A DNA stretch of 64,000 bases from Camelus ferus (Eukaryota): positions 112,346,001 through 112,410,000 of the forward strand of contig NC_045696.1 of assembly GCF_009834535.1 (NCBI RefSeq). Reading direction: 5' to 3'. Shown in pieces: positions 38,330-51,443 of this stretch; the stretch's first letter is position 1, and each line of letters starts with the position of its first letter. The notes below the pieces were generated by a model. The model worked only from the letters and a program-made list of their open reading frames with translations, was not told the DNA's origin and did not search any database. Made by a program: the position numbers and the translations under genes.

Positions 38330-38862
38330 TGAGTTTCTGAATCACTCAGGAGACAGACACACTATCAGACAGGACTTAATGCCCAGAATTGTTAACCAGC
38401 TATTGGAGACCTGAAAAGACAAAAAGGGAACACAGGTATCCGAAGGCAGTGAATTACAGGAAGCAGCTCTTACTCACAGGCCGGGAAACAGAGACAAGGT
38501 GGGAACCGTCACAGCTTAAGGCTCAAAGAGGGACCAGGCCTCTGAGAAGACCCCCCCCTGGCAGGTGCTGGTGGCGCTGAAACCGGTCCTGGGCGTGTTG
38601 GAAAAACTACAACCTGGAATCAGTGTCAGCCACTGTCACCGCCTGGGTGAAGATGTACAGATGAGGTGGTGCTCCCACGGAAGGGAAGCAAACTGCTGCT
38701 CCTTCCTCGTCCTCCCTCCCAGACACCCTCTAGCATCTCTTTTTGGAGGCAAACCAGGATCCAGCTGGATGGGAGGCCATGTGACTGCACAGTCCCAGGG
38801 CAGCAATGCAAAGCAGAGAAGGATGGACTTGACCCTGAGAAACAATATTGTAATAACCAGCC
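38330..38862 (-). mobile_element. ERVL-class solo LTR (LTR41-like)
   Basis: Minus strand begins gctggttattacaatattgtttctcagggtcaagtccatccttctctgctttgc...ctgggactgtgca, resembling the LTR41 5' end. Confidence 0.65.
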
Positions 38863-39289
38863 CGTCCAGCTTTCAAACACACGTTGCTTTTCAGGAGAGT
38901 GTTTTAAAAGACATCTTAATTTTAGAATTTCTGTACTTGGCTTCCATTCACCAGCTCACCACAGTTCCTGCCATGCACCATTATCACACTTAAGCTGGAA
39001 TCCCCAGATCATAATTCCAAATACTGCTGATTCTTCTAAAGATGCTGTGGAACATATTCCAAATATTGTATTCTCCCCAGGAAATCAAGCCAAGAATCAC
39101 ACAAACCCATCCTGTATCAGCTGTTGCAACTCAACGAACACAGTTTAGGTTAACACCTTCAATCAAATCAATACTCAACAGAAATGTCAGCAGCCTTATG
39201 ATATTACTAATATACTCATCTATACTTTTACATAATATAAATTACTGTACTATTTCAATATCACAATATTGTTAGGTTACAATACCTAT

Positions 39290-39520
39290 CAGTTGAATGC
39301 TTATCATTCGGCAAACACTGAAGTAGGTGATTAACATATGTTATATCATTGTTAATTTACTATCTTCTAGAGCTATTATCACCCTCAATTTACAGAAGAA
39401 ATGCCAACTTCAAAAGGTTAAGCATAATAACCAAGATTCTACCATTGGTGTGTCAATGCAGGGCTAGAATTTGGTCTGGATGACTCCAAAGTCCAAGATC
39501 TCTGCTCTGAATCTCTCTGC
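39290..39520 (-). mobile_element. MIR SINE
   Basis: ttgaatgctta...ctattatcaccctcaatttacagaagaa...ggtctggatgactccaaagtcc. Confidence 0.7.
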
Positions 39521-39853
39521 TTCCATATGAATTTTGTAGGGAGGTAGACCCCTTGGAAATCGGCAGAGAATACTTGCATAAGTAAGAAGATACAGAAATG
39601 CTGATGACCTAGTAAGACTAATAGTTACTAAGTAAATAACTATTAGTTAGTTAGTAAGACTAATTGTTAAGTGACAGCAGTTTTAGCAAAGTAAGTTTAA
39701 AATGTGCTTAATTGTAAAAAAAAAAAATTAAGATAATTCATACATGGCTTTAATTTTAAAACGTTATACAACCTGAACACTGTAAAAACTACAGAGAAGA
39801 AAAAAATGGCTTCAGAATTGTCTAAATGAATGTCACAAAATACAGAACAATAT

Positions 39854-40256
39854 TGTAGCAGAAACTGGCATCCATTCATCAAAATCCATTCTATCCCTCT
39901 TGCTTCCTGGGCACTGAATTGGACTACATTACCCAGGCACCTTTGCAGTTAGGTGTGGCCACATGACCAAGTTCTAGCCAATAGGATTGCGAGTATAAGG
40001 GCTATGTGGCACCCTCTGATCTGCCCTGTGACACTTCCCATCATCACGCTTGCATCTCTTCCTCTATCTCTTGGTGATTGCAGATGACATTGGGACTCTA
40101 GGAAAGGGAAGAAACTCAAATCAGAGGATACATCATGGTGACCCCCATGCCAATTCTGGGCTTTTCCGTATGTGAGAAATAAACTTCTGCTATGACCGAA
40201 CTGTTTCATGTTTGAGTGTATATGTTCCCACTGCTTAATTTATTCTTAACAAATAC
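39854..40256 (+). mobile_element. MLT1J-like MaLR solo LTR
   Basis: tgtagcaga...gactacattacccaggcacctttgcagttaggtgtggccacatgaccaagttctagccaatagga...gaaataaactt...aataca. Confidence 0.85.
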
Positions 40257-42059
40257 ACACATGATTTTTAATAATTACATTAATAATTGTACTAAAATAA
40301 TGCTAACAGCTAATATTTATTAAGGTCTTCCTGAGGTGTTAGGAACCGATCTCAGCATGTCACCTGTATTTATTTGTAGAAGACAGTGCCAGGCCTTTAC
40401 TTGGAACCTCCCCATACCTCATACATGGCATGAAAGGGCCTAGTTAGATGTTCTTCCAGTTCAGATTAGACTAGAAAAAGAAAACAAGAGAAAAGATGTA
40501 TCCACAAAGAAGATGACTATTAGAAGCAAGAACTGGCAGCTGATAATTGATGGCAAAGGATGAGGCAAAGGAACACACAAATCAGGTTTAAAAAAAAATG
40601 CAATCTGGGCCTGTTTGATGTAGGGCCATACCCCCACTAATCCTTAAAGCCTTTGAGGAAATCACAGTGTAATTGCTCCTTTCAATAGCTGATGTTTATG
40701 GTGATGACTAAGTTTATCAAAAAGTTAAGTCACATTCCCTAAGTTCTATTTAAGAAAGCAGAAGAGGGTTATAGTATGCCTGTGAATATTTTCCAACTGG
40801 CGTGGTCCACCTTGAAAAAAAAAAAAAAATCTTGCTACCTAAGGGATGTGCTGTGTTAGCAGGAAAATGTACTTATATGGAACAGTGGATTTCTACATGG
40901 TGGTACATTACTATGCATTTGTCCTTCAGAGAAACCATCCTTTGAAACATCACAACTATGAATCCCGTAGGAATCTCAGATGGGGTTTAGATCTGATAAA
41001 ATGCAGACCATCACGAATAGTCTCTCGTCTTTAATGCATTCCCAGTTCGTGGGAACCAACCTGTTCCGACGTGGGTCACAAGGACTCACTATCACACGTT
41101 GCTGGTTACCTTTCCACTGCTGTCATCCTGGAGCGCATACTGTGAACCGTGTAACTGAGCAGTGAGGCTTTCCTGCTGGGATTAGTAATAGCTGTACGAC
41201 CACGTATTACTGTGCAATTGACCTGGGGGTTACATTTACATTACAATGGATTTCTCTACCTGGGCAATGCATGCGTTAATTTTCCTCTTCTGTTAAAATT
41301 CATAGTGCATGGAAAAGAAGGTATCTATTCATGATACTGATTAGGCAGTGGGTATGATTTGCTTTATAACAGCAACACTTGTACCATCCAGTGTACATTC
41401 ATGATATAGGCCTATGGGAAAAAAGAGACTGACAAGTAAAAATGCCGGGAAACGATTCCAACTGCAAAGCAGATAACAGAAGCTGCTTTCCCCACCTACG
41501 CGGGAGATTTCTGGAGAGTGCAAATTTGGCAATCATCTTCTTCCAAATGCAGGGAGGTCTATAAACAGCTGAATCCATTATTCACAAGATAAAGGCTAAG
41601 GAAGGCACCAAGACCATTATATCAGAAGCAGCGCAGTCTTACTTGGCAAAACATATGACTGATATCCTTTATGGCACCATCAATCTTATTGTTTTGTTTT
41701 GTTTTTTTGCACATGTATACACTAAACAGCTGTCATTTCTTTTTATACCTGTTATGAATTTTTTAAAAGTGCTATCAAAGCACTTGTTTTACTATCTTTT
41801 TATTGTCTTTTTCTCTTTTTTTTTTCTTTTACAGTAGGTCTCAGAGAAGCCTGGGTGCACATCCTAAAGCTCATTAGGTAGGGGAGGAATAATGTCCAGC
41901 TGCACATAGATTCTCTGTGGGGACTCAGGATACTTGTACGTGGTGCAGGCTGTGGGGAACCAAAATAAAAATCTCTAGCGCTAAAAAGAATATAATTATA
42001 AATATATTCTACATTTCGAGGTAAAACGCTCAAATTACAATGACTTTTTCTTAACAAGA

Positions 42060-42620
42060 ATTTTCAATATATTTCAAGTTTTTGTTAAACTATACCTACT
42101 TACAAGAAAATTGCACAAATTCTGAGTGCAATTTTTACCAAACACACACGTGATGAGCATTCAGATTAAGAAATAGCACATGACCAGCAAATAGAAGCTC
42201 CCTCACAGTCTTTCTCTCCATCCCCCCAGGGAAGTTACTCCGGGGACTTCTAGTATTGGAGATTAACTTTGCATCTGTGTACCTACACACTGGAATCCAA
42301 CAACACATACTACAACAGATGTAAGATTCATCCATATCGCTGCATGCACTTGTTCTTCGTTCATTCCCGTTGATGTATGACACCCCACTGTTGTGTCTCC
42401 ATTCCAGTAGTGATGGGTCTTTGGGTATTTTCCAGTTGTGAGCTATTGGGAATAATATTAGTATCGGCTTCTTACACATGTTTCTGTGAACATATGCTAG
42501 TGCTTTTTATGAGGTTTACACCAAGGCATAGAACCAACAGGTGAAAAGTTATGTGCATGTTCAGATTGAGCAGACACTAACGGTTTTCTAAAGTGGTTGC
42601 ACCAATTTATACCCCTACCT
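42060..42620 (-). mobile_element. Old L1 (L1MC/ME-type) 3' end
   Basis: gatgggtctttgggtattttccagtt...ttttctaaagtggttgcaccaatttatac. Confidence 0.75.
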
Positions 42621-42649
42621 GTCCTCTGAGTGTTTACCCTTTAACTGAA

Positions 42650-43220
42650 TTATTTGAAAGAGATGAAAATCAAAAGAAGAGACCCAGGCTTTCACCTAAC
42701 AGAACAGCCAAAATATAAACATATGAAAGTATCCAGGATGGAAGAAGATATGGAGAAGGAGGGACCCCCTCATACACTACTAGTGGGAATGTATGTTGGT
42801 GAAATCTTTTTGAGAGGCTGTTCGCAATTTACTTTGAGAATTTAAAATGCATGTACACTTTGATAGAGCAATCCTACTGCAAAGTATCCCACAGAAAGAG
42901 TCGAAAGGGTATGCCAAGAATATGCCAGATTGAATATCACAGAAAAATATAAAATAAAAATAAAGGTTTATCAATAAAAGACTGGTTAAATACACTTTGA
43001 AATAACCACACACAGTAGTACAATGCCTTTACGAAAATGGAAATTAGCTTATATGTAGCAATGTGGAAAGGTCTCCAAGATAAATATTTAAATGACCTAA
43101 GTAATTTGCAAAACAGCATATATAATCTACAAGACATGTATATGATATTATATATATATACGGTTTTTATGATTTCTAAGGATATATTTACATTCTAGAT
43201 GAGAAAAAAATTTTCCGTTA
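42650..43220 (+). mobile_element. Old L1 (L1ME-type) 3' end
   Basis: catacactactagtgggaatgta...gcaatcctactgc...ggaaaggtctccaaga...ttgcaaaacagcatata. Confidence 0.65.
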
Positions 43221-44229
43221 CACACACTTTTATAGAAAATGACAGGTAGTGAAGGCTGGGGATGAGAACAAGGGAAGACGGTTTTCATCTTTCATTGTGC
43301 ATGTTTTTAGCTTTTTTCTTTCTCAAGTGCGTGTTCTGCTTTTAATGGTGGTTCCCAGGAAGCTTATAGAGTTCCCATAGGCACATTTACAGGACTGATC
43401 ATTGAACATCTTTCCTGAGACCAAAAGTGCCATGAAGGGAAGCCTCCGGCCAGCAAAGACCCCCATGACCTTTTGGTTAAACTTGACCTCCGCTGACCCA
43501 CAGACCGAAGACCTACTGTAATAATAAACTCCCTGAATGACATGGAATTCTAGAGATGAGCTTCTGCCAAACGAAGCCAATGAGCACCTCCAACTACCTC
43601 TGAAATGTGTCCTACGTGAGGCATGTTAAACTGTATTTCTGACTTTCTGAACCCACCGCATGATCAGTGCTTCAGTTCTGGGTGCGGTGGTAGGAGCCAG
43701 CGGGAGTCTGTGACTGGTGAATGACACTCAGTCTCAACCCGAAGGTAATGATTCTAGTTCTTCCACTTCCCAGCCTGTGAGAGATGGCTTACATCTTGGC
43801 ATATAATGACCTGTGTGTTGTCCTCTCCAACACATCCTGAGTGGTGACCAGAATCTCTTTGTTTAATCAGAACAGTAATCACAGGATGAGAATTTCTATG
43901 GACCCCTTGAAATCCATCTCAAAGATTTAACTTTGTTCTAAACTTATCTGGTACTGCAGAGTTGGATTAGAAAGACGATAGTAGAGAACAGAGTCACCTT
44001 TCACTGCAGGATCATATGTGCTATGTTTCATACCACTCCTTCTGTCCAGTAGAAACATATAAAAGAAAATAAAACAATTTGGTTGCTCAAACTACTGGCA
44101 GATACATGTATTCTTAAGAATCAGATGTCTGACTACCCTCCAGGCTTTATTATTTTGAGTTTAAGTTTTCTCTGCTTTTCCTAAATCATCTATTTTCAAA
44201 CATTAAAAAAATAAAAATCTAAGAACACC

Positions 44230-44698
44230 CCACCCGTCGGCTAAATCTTGTATGCAGATCACTCTTCCCCCTGATCTTTGCAAGGCTGGCTCCTTCTTGC
44301 TAACTGGATCACAGCTTAAATGGCACCTAGACTGGTTCCTCCCGTCAAGCACTGTCACATGTCAATTCTCTGTATATTACTTATCATTTTTTTGCTTTTT
44401 TTGCAGGGGGAGGTGATTAAGTTCATTTATTTATTTTTATTATTGTTTTCTTCAATGGAAGTTCTGGGGTTGAATCCAGGACCTTGTGCATGCTAAGCAT
44501 GGCACCCTACCACTGAGCTATACCCTCCCCCACCATCATTTATTTTCTTTACTTGCTAGTTATTCAACTATTGCTGGTTTATTTCCCATTCCTTAGAATG
44601 TAAAAACAGAAATGTTGTCTGTTTTGATTGTCAGTATATTCTCTGGCACATGGTAGGTATTTGGTAAGTGTTTGATGGAAGAATGAGCGAATGAAAGA
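44230..44698 (+). mobile_element. L2 3' end with a nested SINE
   Basis: ttcccctgatctttgcaaggctggctccttct...ctggcacatggtaggt...gaatgagcgaatgaa. Confidence 0.7.
44388..44531 (-). mobile_element. vic-1-type SINE
   Basis: gggggaggtgattaag...ccaggaccttgtgcatgctaagcatggcaccctaccactgagctataccctccccc. Confidence 0.92.
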
Positions 44699-46056
44699 AC
44701 ACTTTCTGTCATTTCTCACCCCCTAGAAGGGGTAGCTGGATGTTTTGTGGGTGAAAAAGGCAAAGCAGAAATTCCTGTAGGAAAAAGGCCAATGAAACCG
44801 AGAAATGATATTTTAAACTGAATACAGACTGGGGACTAAGGAGCCAAAGCAGTCCATAAGGCAAAGAGTTTCTTGGTAGCCTCTGATGTCTTCTCACACT
44901 TTTTCTGCACGTCAGAGTCAGGGGACTACACTTACAAACAGAGGAAAGTCCATGTTGGGTAGAGGTATGACAAGCTCTCTAGAACTTCTTCTGAGATGCA
45001 CGGGGTTCAAATCTGTCCCTGAGAACTGAGCCCTGGAGAACTGAAATAAAGACAGCAAAGGCCAAAATGCAGTAGAGAACGCAGATGGCCTTCTGCAGAC
45101 TGACTTACACTAATAAAATCTTTACACAAATGTTTAGGCATCATCTACTGCATAATGAAAGCTTTAAAAAAAAATCTGAAAACACTCATGAGAAAGTTAA
45201 AGGAAAACTGACAGTAATGGAAAAATGTTAATAGTATAATAATATCTAAGAAGATATAATTTGATTCAATGATACATAAGCATCTTAATCTTGGTATTTT
45301 TCAGATGAACTTTTCTCCCACTAAATTTTTCTTTTCTTTACAAGACATAAATGAATGCTTCACTCAGCTCATTCATATTCTGTTATATTAATATTTTTTT
45401 CTTTGAAAGCTTGTCCTGGCAATCCAGCCCTCGCCTTTACCCAATGCTACATGAGAAACCTACTGTCTGCAGTAGGTCGATGTCTCCCCTGAAAGAAACA
45501 AGGCTAGACAGGCAACATTGACCTTGGCCAAGGGTGTGGAAAAGGTCACCAGGGTAAGGAAGGTTTTCCTTAGAGTTTCTGACAGCTGAACTGCCGAGGG
45601 GTGTGAGGAGTGCCCATGTGCTCTGCTACCATCTTTCTTTTTGTGTCCATTCATGATGTCAAGCTAATCATGGCACCTCCAGAGAGTCATTCTTGCATGC
45701 CTCCTCTGGGCTAGACACACAGCCAAGCACAGAGGTCCCAGCAGTGAATGGACCTCAGCCTCTGCTTACATAGGGCTGACATTCTAGCCATGCAAGGTGG
45801 GAACACCCCAGGGTGGTAGCATCGGAAATATCTTAGGGGAAACATTTTTTTCTTTAATTCCTTGAACAATAAACCTAATAAAATGAAGAGGATTTATAAT
45901 TTAAGTTGGGTGCTTGGGTGCAGGGGTAGGGTGCTGGTGTTGAGGAGGAGGATAAAAATGTAAAAAGGAGGCATTCACAGAGTCATGAAAAATTAGATTT
46001 ATCCAGACTAACAACACCAACCACTGTAATAATAAATGCATGCTAAATGCACAGCC

Positions 46057-46269
46057 CAGTGGTCAGCAAATGGTTTCTGTCAGGAACAAGACAGTAAATA
46101 TTTTCAGCTTTATGGGCCAGATAGTCTCTGCTGTAACTTTTCCATGTGGCACCAAATCAGCCACAGATGACGTGTAAATACATGGCTGTGGCTGTGTTCT
46201 AATAAAACTTTATTCAGGAGAACATTTGGCAGGCTGGGTTTGCCACACAGGCATAGTTTGCCAATTCTG
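46057..46269. mobile_element. MER58A-like MITE
   Basis: cagtggtcagcaaa...agtaaatattttcagcttt...gtggctgtgttctaataaaacttta...tagtttgccaattctg. Confidence 0.85.
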
Positions 46270-46569
46270 ATCTAAGTTCATCTTTTCTCAATAATATCTT
46301 ATGAGGAAGAAACTGAACCTCTATTGCTTAGAACACTTTATCCAAGGTTCACAGGTAGGATTGCAACCCTCACTTCATCTAGTTGGTGTCTAGAAACAAA
46401 AAAGCCTGGGAGAGATTGGGAGATTGCACATTGGAGGGCTCTGACTTTTAAGATAAGTGCTTTAATTTGGGTAACTAGTTGTGATTAAAAGAGGTTGATC
46501 AGTGAGAGCTGGAGTAGTTATGGACATTTTTTGGAAGAGGGTGGCTGGAAGGATTTCTGCCCTAGAATC

Positions 46570-46960
46570 CCCAGCCTCTCTTCCCCTACCTACCTTATCT
46601 GCCTGTAAATAATTACTTGCTATTCAGGTCTCACCTCCAGCTTCATCTCCTGCGAGAAGCCTCCCCAGAGTCCTCAGGTCCACTCAGGTGCTCCCTCTAC
46701 ACTGCTCCCTTGCCCCTGGTGAAAGCTCGCAGATCCACTCACTCTGCTTGTATATTACACTTCATTGAAAGTAAAACCAACAGAAATCGACAATACTTCC
46801 GTGGTACCATGGATGGGTTATTTCCACTTCTGAATCACCAAAGGGCTGTGAGCAGCCCAGGAGTGGGGACTGTTGTCTCACCTCTTTGGAGTTAGCCCAG
46901 GGTCCGCATGCAGCGCATGCTCAGACTTCATGCGTTCCTGAGTAGGGGTAAGATGTGGAT
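46570..46960 (+). mobile_element. L2 fragment
   Basis: ttcaggtctcacctcc...catctcctgcgagaagcctcccc...ctgtgagc...ggggactgttgtct. Confidence 0.55.
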
Positions 46961-49179
46961 GAGCATAAAGAGGGGGAAATACACTCCCTACAAGGGGACT
47001 CTTCTATGACCTGAGCTTGGGCATGAAGCTGAGCCTAAAACAGGGGCGCAGTGAGGAGGTGAGTGCCCCTGGAGCAGGGCTTGGCTGGAGGGTGGCCAGG
47101 AGTGTGCTGTGGCTTTACTGGTGGCACTGCCCTCCATTAAGTAACTTGCTTTCCATGCAGAGTTGGAATGCATTTTTGACGGCAGATTATTTTCATATGC
47201 AATTTTAGTGAAATTCATTTACCTCCCTTCCCGCATTAAAGCCATATGACTATCTCACAGAAACATTTATGCGATGCCCTAAATGTGTTCAGGCTTCTTC
47301 CTTTTTGACTACCTAGGGATACGCATGGGCTAGACTTCCATTTTAACCTATCTTCTTCTTGTTCTTTCATCTGTAGCTTCTCTTTCAGTTTCTCTGCTTT
47401 AAATTGTTGAGGGTGGTCGCCAAACGGTCTTGGGTTGATCTCCACGAAGTTTCAGTGTGTTGCCTCTCAAGCCATGGGCTGTCTTGTTCTGGGTGCTCTT
47501 TGACTTACGGTACAAATATGGAAACCTGGTGGACAGAAATATCACTGCACTGTCACTAACTGTTGGCTCTTCCTCTGCCTTTCAAATCATGTGCACCCTT
47601 CTAGCCAAGTCGCTACAAAGAACTGGAAGAAACAACTCATAAAGCAAGGTTACTGGAATGCACTGAGACTCCTCTCCGACTCTCGGCGGCTCGTATGTCT
47701 CTCCTGCTTCGATCCCACAGGCTGGGGGAAGACTTTACCCAAGAGGTTCTGGATAACTTGAAATAAAACATCACTTCATATCCCACTATCCCATATCACT
47801 TCTTAGCTGATGAAATAGTAACTGAGCCATTTTCCTACTGAAGGACTTATTTTCTTTCAACAACATCTTGTCTATGAATAGATTTGTCTTCTCAGGATCA
47901 TCAGCTGCCAGATGATTAACATGCAAGGTCCACCCATGGGTTAGTCATCTTGAGATACTAGGAGGTAAAACACCCACCAGCCCAGGTAAAAGCAGTGAGG
48001 CTGCCCGCTCGCCCACCCTTCCCTTTCTGCCTCCTTCACTCAGCATTTTCACTACATTTTTAGACTTAGGTTCCTCACCATATGAAGCAGGCAAATAATG
48101 TCCAAGTCAAAACTCAAAGTCTGGTTGAAAATTGTACAACTAAAGAAAATACTTCACTAAATCACAGGAGAATATTTTGCATATATTATTAAGCATCTTA
48201 GAATTGGCGACTAATGACCAATATCAAGCAGCTGGATTTCCTTGAATCTGTTCAATAAATTTAGATACAGTTTCCCCCAACTCTTTCCACCACCTCTCCA
48301 GTGGTATTCAGCCTTGCATGAATGTTCCCCCCACCCCGCCCTGGAGCTTCACACAAGCCCTCAGCTTAAATGATTATATCTCATTAACGCCACTCTTACC
48401 CCAATATGCTGGACTCTAAATTCTCTCACAAACCATTGACATAAGAGCCAATAAAAACCTATCCAAAGCAGCTACTGAGAGAAGTCCAGAGGGAAATACT
48501 TGAAAAATATGACAAAAACCAGCCACACTGAATGAACACGCAACAAAGGGCATTAGGGAAATTGGCTCATCTACCGAGTTACTTAAAATTATCATGTTGA
48601 AAAAAAAATAATTGCTGTAGCAGGGAAATGATGCCAATTAAGGAGCCCAGTAATGGGAGAGAGGCAGGGGAGAAGTCACTCGTCTGTCCACAACACAGCC
48701 CTTCCCTTCTCAGGCCGTGAACGCTCGCCTTCTGCCATCAGCACGGAAGTCTTGGGAAGATGTAGATTTCAACTGCACTGAGACTTTTAGGAGGAAATAA
48801 AAGGTGCCCATAAAGAAGACATCACCATTGACTTCAAAGCACAGGAAGGAAAGCCTGCAAATGACCAAAGTGAAGTCAGATGACAGTACTTAACTGCTTT
48901 CATTTTTCTCCAGAGGTCAATTTCTTTTTTTCCCCTTTTTTTGCTTTTTGATGGGGCAGTAATCTGGCCACCCCCAGAAAGATTCCAAAATCCTCCCTCA
49001 GTTTTTTATTCCTGCAGTTGGCAACTGACACTACCAGGAAATCCATCTTCAATACAAATCTGAATGCCTTGGACTGTCATTTGGGTTTAAATATATTTCC
49101 CCTGAGCTCTGGCCTCAGTAAAAATAGCAGACAGCTGGTCACCATGTTCCACACCATAAACCTGTTGGGAGGAAGTATG

Positions 49180-49352
49180 GCCAAGGGGGTTGGCTTGCAT
49201 CAAAACCACTTGGACAGCTTGTTAAAACACAGATTTCTGGACTCCACCCTCAGAGTTTTTGATATATAGGCCTGGTGTGGAATCTAAACATTTGCATTTC
49301 TAATAAGTTCCTGAGCAGTACTGATGCCGCTGGTCTACTTTAAGGACCACTG
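49180..49352. mobile_element. MER5A-like MITE
   Basis: gcttgttaaaacacagatttctggactccaccctcagagtt...tttgcatttctaataagttcc...gaccactg. Confidence 0.82.
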
Positions 49353-49392
49353 CTGTACACTAATCCCAAACCTACTATCTCAACAGCTATGA

Positions 49393-49571
49393 CAGTGGTT
49401 CCCAAACTCTGTTCCATCTTGGAATCACCTGCAGAGCTTTGAAAATTTCAATGCATTTTATACCAAGTCTATCAGAATGTCTACACAGGTATCCATATTT
49501 TTCAAAGCCAGGCCTTGGTCTTTTTCAAAGACCTTTAGGTGATTGAAATAAGCCAAGTTTGGGAACCACTG
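49393..49571. mobile_element. MER5B-like hAT MITE
   Basis: Perfect 16-bp TIRs cagtggttcccaaact / agtttgggaaccactg. Confidence 0.85.
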
Positions 49572-49849
49572 AACCTTGGGTTGAGATGTGGAGACAAAGA
49601 GAAGGAACATTAGACCAGAGGTCAGAAGAAGGAGTAAAAGCAACCCCCTGTTAACTGAGACCTGGGGGCAATCTTTCTTTTTCCCTAGTCTGTCTTTTCT
49701 CATTTGTCCACAGACATGACCAGCCCTTTACTTTCCTCTCAAGCATCAGTAGCAAGAAAAATACATCAAACAAGTAAAATAGTTTTGAAGATCAGGAAGC
49801 AGCCTAGAGACCTAGGGTGTGCCAAGAGAGGCAGAGCTGCCATGAACAA

Positions 49850-50050
49850 GGTGTAGAGACTTTGCCATCAGCAAGACCAGGTCAGCACCCTGATTCTCAC
49901 CAGCTCTGTGACTTGAGCAAGTTAACTGGACTGCTCTGGGTTGCACTTTCCTCCTTTGTGAAAAGAGAATGACATTACCTTGCTCATGGGGTTCCTCCAG
50001 AGCAGTCTGGCTATTTGCCCAGGATGTAGTGGATGCTCAAGAAATGACTG
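49850..50050 (+). mobile_element. MIR SINE
   Basis: ccagctctgtgacttgagcaagttaact...tttcctcctttgtgaaaagagaatga. Confidence 0.7.
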
Positions 50051-50759
50051 TTATGGCATGTTTGATGGGTACAGAAACTACACATGCCATTCTCCCTTGA
50101 TATGAAAAAGGCATCCTTTTGGGAAGAACTTCAAACAGAGGTTAGTGAAATTAACTGTGGAAAGGCTATAAATAGCATCAAATAGACTGCCCAGAAGCAG
50201 ACAATAGACAACTGCGAGTGGGTGAAGACTCAGCTTGGCTTAAGTAACTCAACGGCTGGGTCTTAAGGCATCAGCGTCCTTAGAATGACAGAGTCCCACC
50301 CTCCTTCCCTCTTGCATCTGGATGAGAACCCCTGACAAGCTGCTTTGCTCCCCAGACACTCCATGTACTGGTGGTTAGTCTGAACCTGAGGGTACTTTCA
50401 GATCTTAGTTCTGGCATTTAATTTCATGTATTTAAGTTTTTCCCCAGGCCTAGACTGTAAGTCTTTGAATTTCATGAGTTCATACTTTCCTAAAGAGCTC
50501 ATGGGCTGACAATTCTGGGTGCTTAATAGTCATCAATTTCTCATTTATTTCCACAAGGCCCCCTTTTAATTTACCCTCCACACAGCTTCCAGAATATTCT
50601 TTCAAAAATCCAAATGTCATCTCTACTTATGAGTCTTCTGAGGTGTCCCACTGCTCATAGCGTCCAGCTTACCCTCCTTAGTGAATTCTGTAATGTTCTT
50701 TGTGATCTGGCTTCTGCTGACTTCCCTGAACTTGGCAAGGGACGTTAGCCATGGCTCTG

Positions 50760-50934
50760 GTGTCCCGGAGATTTGGGCTTGAAATCCAGCCCAGCCCCCA
50801 ACAAGCTATGCACCTGCCAAAGAGGTCCATGATCTCCCGGACCCTCAGTTTGTTCCTCTGCACAATGGGAGAAATACTAACTCTTTTCAGGTTTGTTGTA
50901 AGACTAGAATTAATAACCGTGAAATGCTTGGCAG
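50760..50934 (+). mobile_element. MIR SINE interrupted by an LTR
   Basis: cctcagtttgttcctctgcacaatgggagaaatactaa...ttgttgtaagact. Confidence 0.65.
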
Positions 50935-51443
50935 TGTTGACTGAAGAAAATATGCAGAAACTAAAATTTGAGAGTTATGTTTTATTCGATGGACTTTCTG
51001 AGGACTCGAGCCTGGGAGGCCTCTCAGATCAATCTGAGGGGCTGCTCCAAAAAGTCAGGGGAGGAGCCAGGATATATAGGAGTTTTGCTACAAAGACCAG
51101 GTAGTTGGAACACCAAAAGATTACTGTTAATTACAGAAAAACAGACATCTCAAGTTAAGGAATTTAGCGCTTTTCTATGTATGAGAAGGTGCAAAGGTCT
51201 GGGCTCACTGAAATCATTGCTTTGATGCGTACCTAGCTGTCCAGGGCCGGTGTCCTGTTCTTTCCCATCCTGGTTCCCTCGGGGGCACGGATGGGGGGAG
51301 CTGCAGGGCCTGCAGCAGGTGGCCTGCTTGTCACCATCCTGAGTTCCCTCTGGTCACTGTCTGGGGTGGCGGTAGTGGCTGGTGACTTGATGGTCACAGC
51401 ATCCTTTGTTTACTGATACAGCTGGCAATATTTTTCATTCATA
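50935..51443 (-). mobile_element. ERV1-class solo LTR (MER41-like), same family as 20246-20738
   Basis: Reverse complement of the 20.2-kb LTR over most of its length (ttttattcgatggactttctgaggactc; gacatctcaagttaaggaatt; ctgggctcactgaaatcatt). Confidence 0.9.

Noticed and set aside
38720..38757. CTCF site expected in an LTR41-like element
   Set aside because: The corresponding position reads CCAAAAAGAGATGC on the minus strand, which is decayed relative to the CTCF consensus
38565..39148. Long ORFs of 142 and 160 aa
   Set aside because: They mostly overlap an old LTR in antisense, start at non-ATG codons and show no recognisable domain
47236..47445. Charged coiled-coil-like ORF (KAEKLKEKLQMKEQEEDRLK)
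   Set aside because: There is a stop codon just upstream, a GTG start and no flanking acceptor; purine-rich composition explains it
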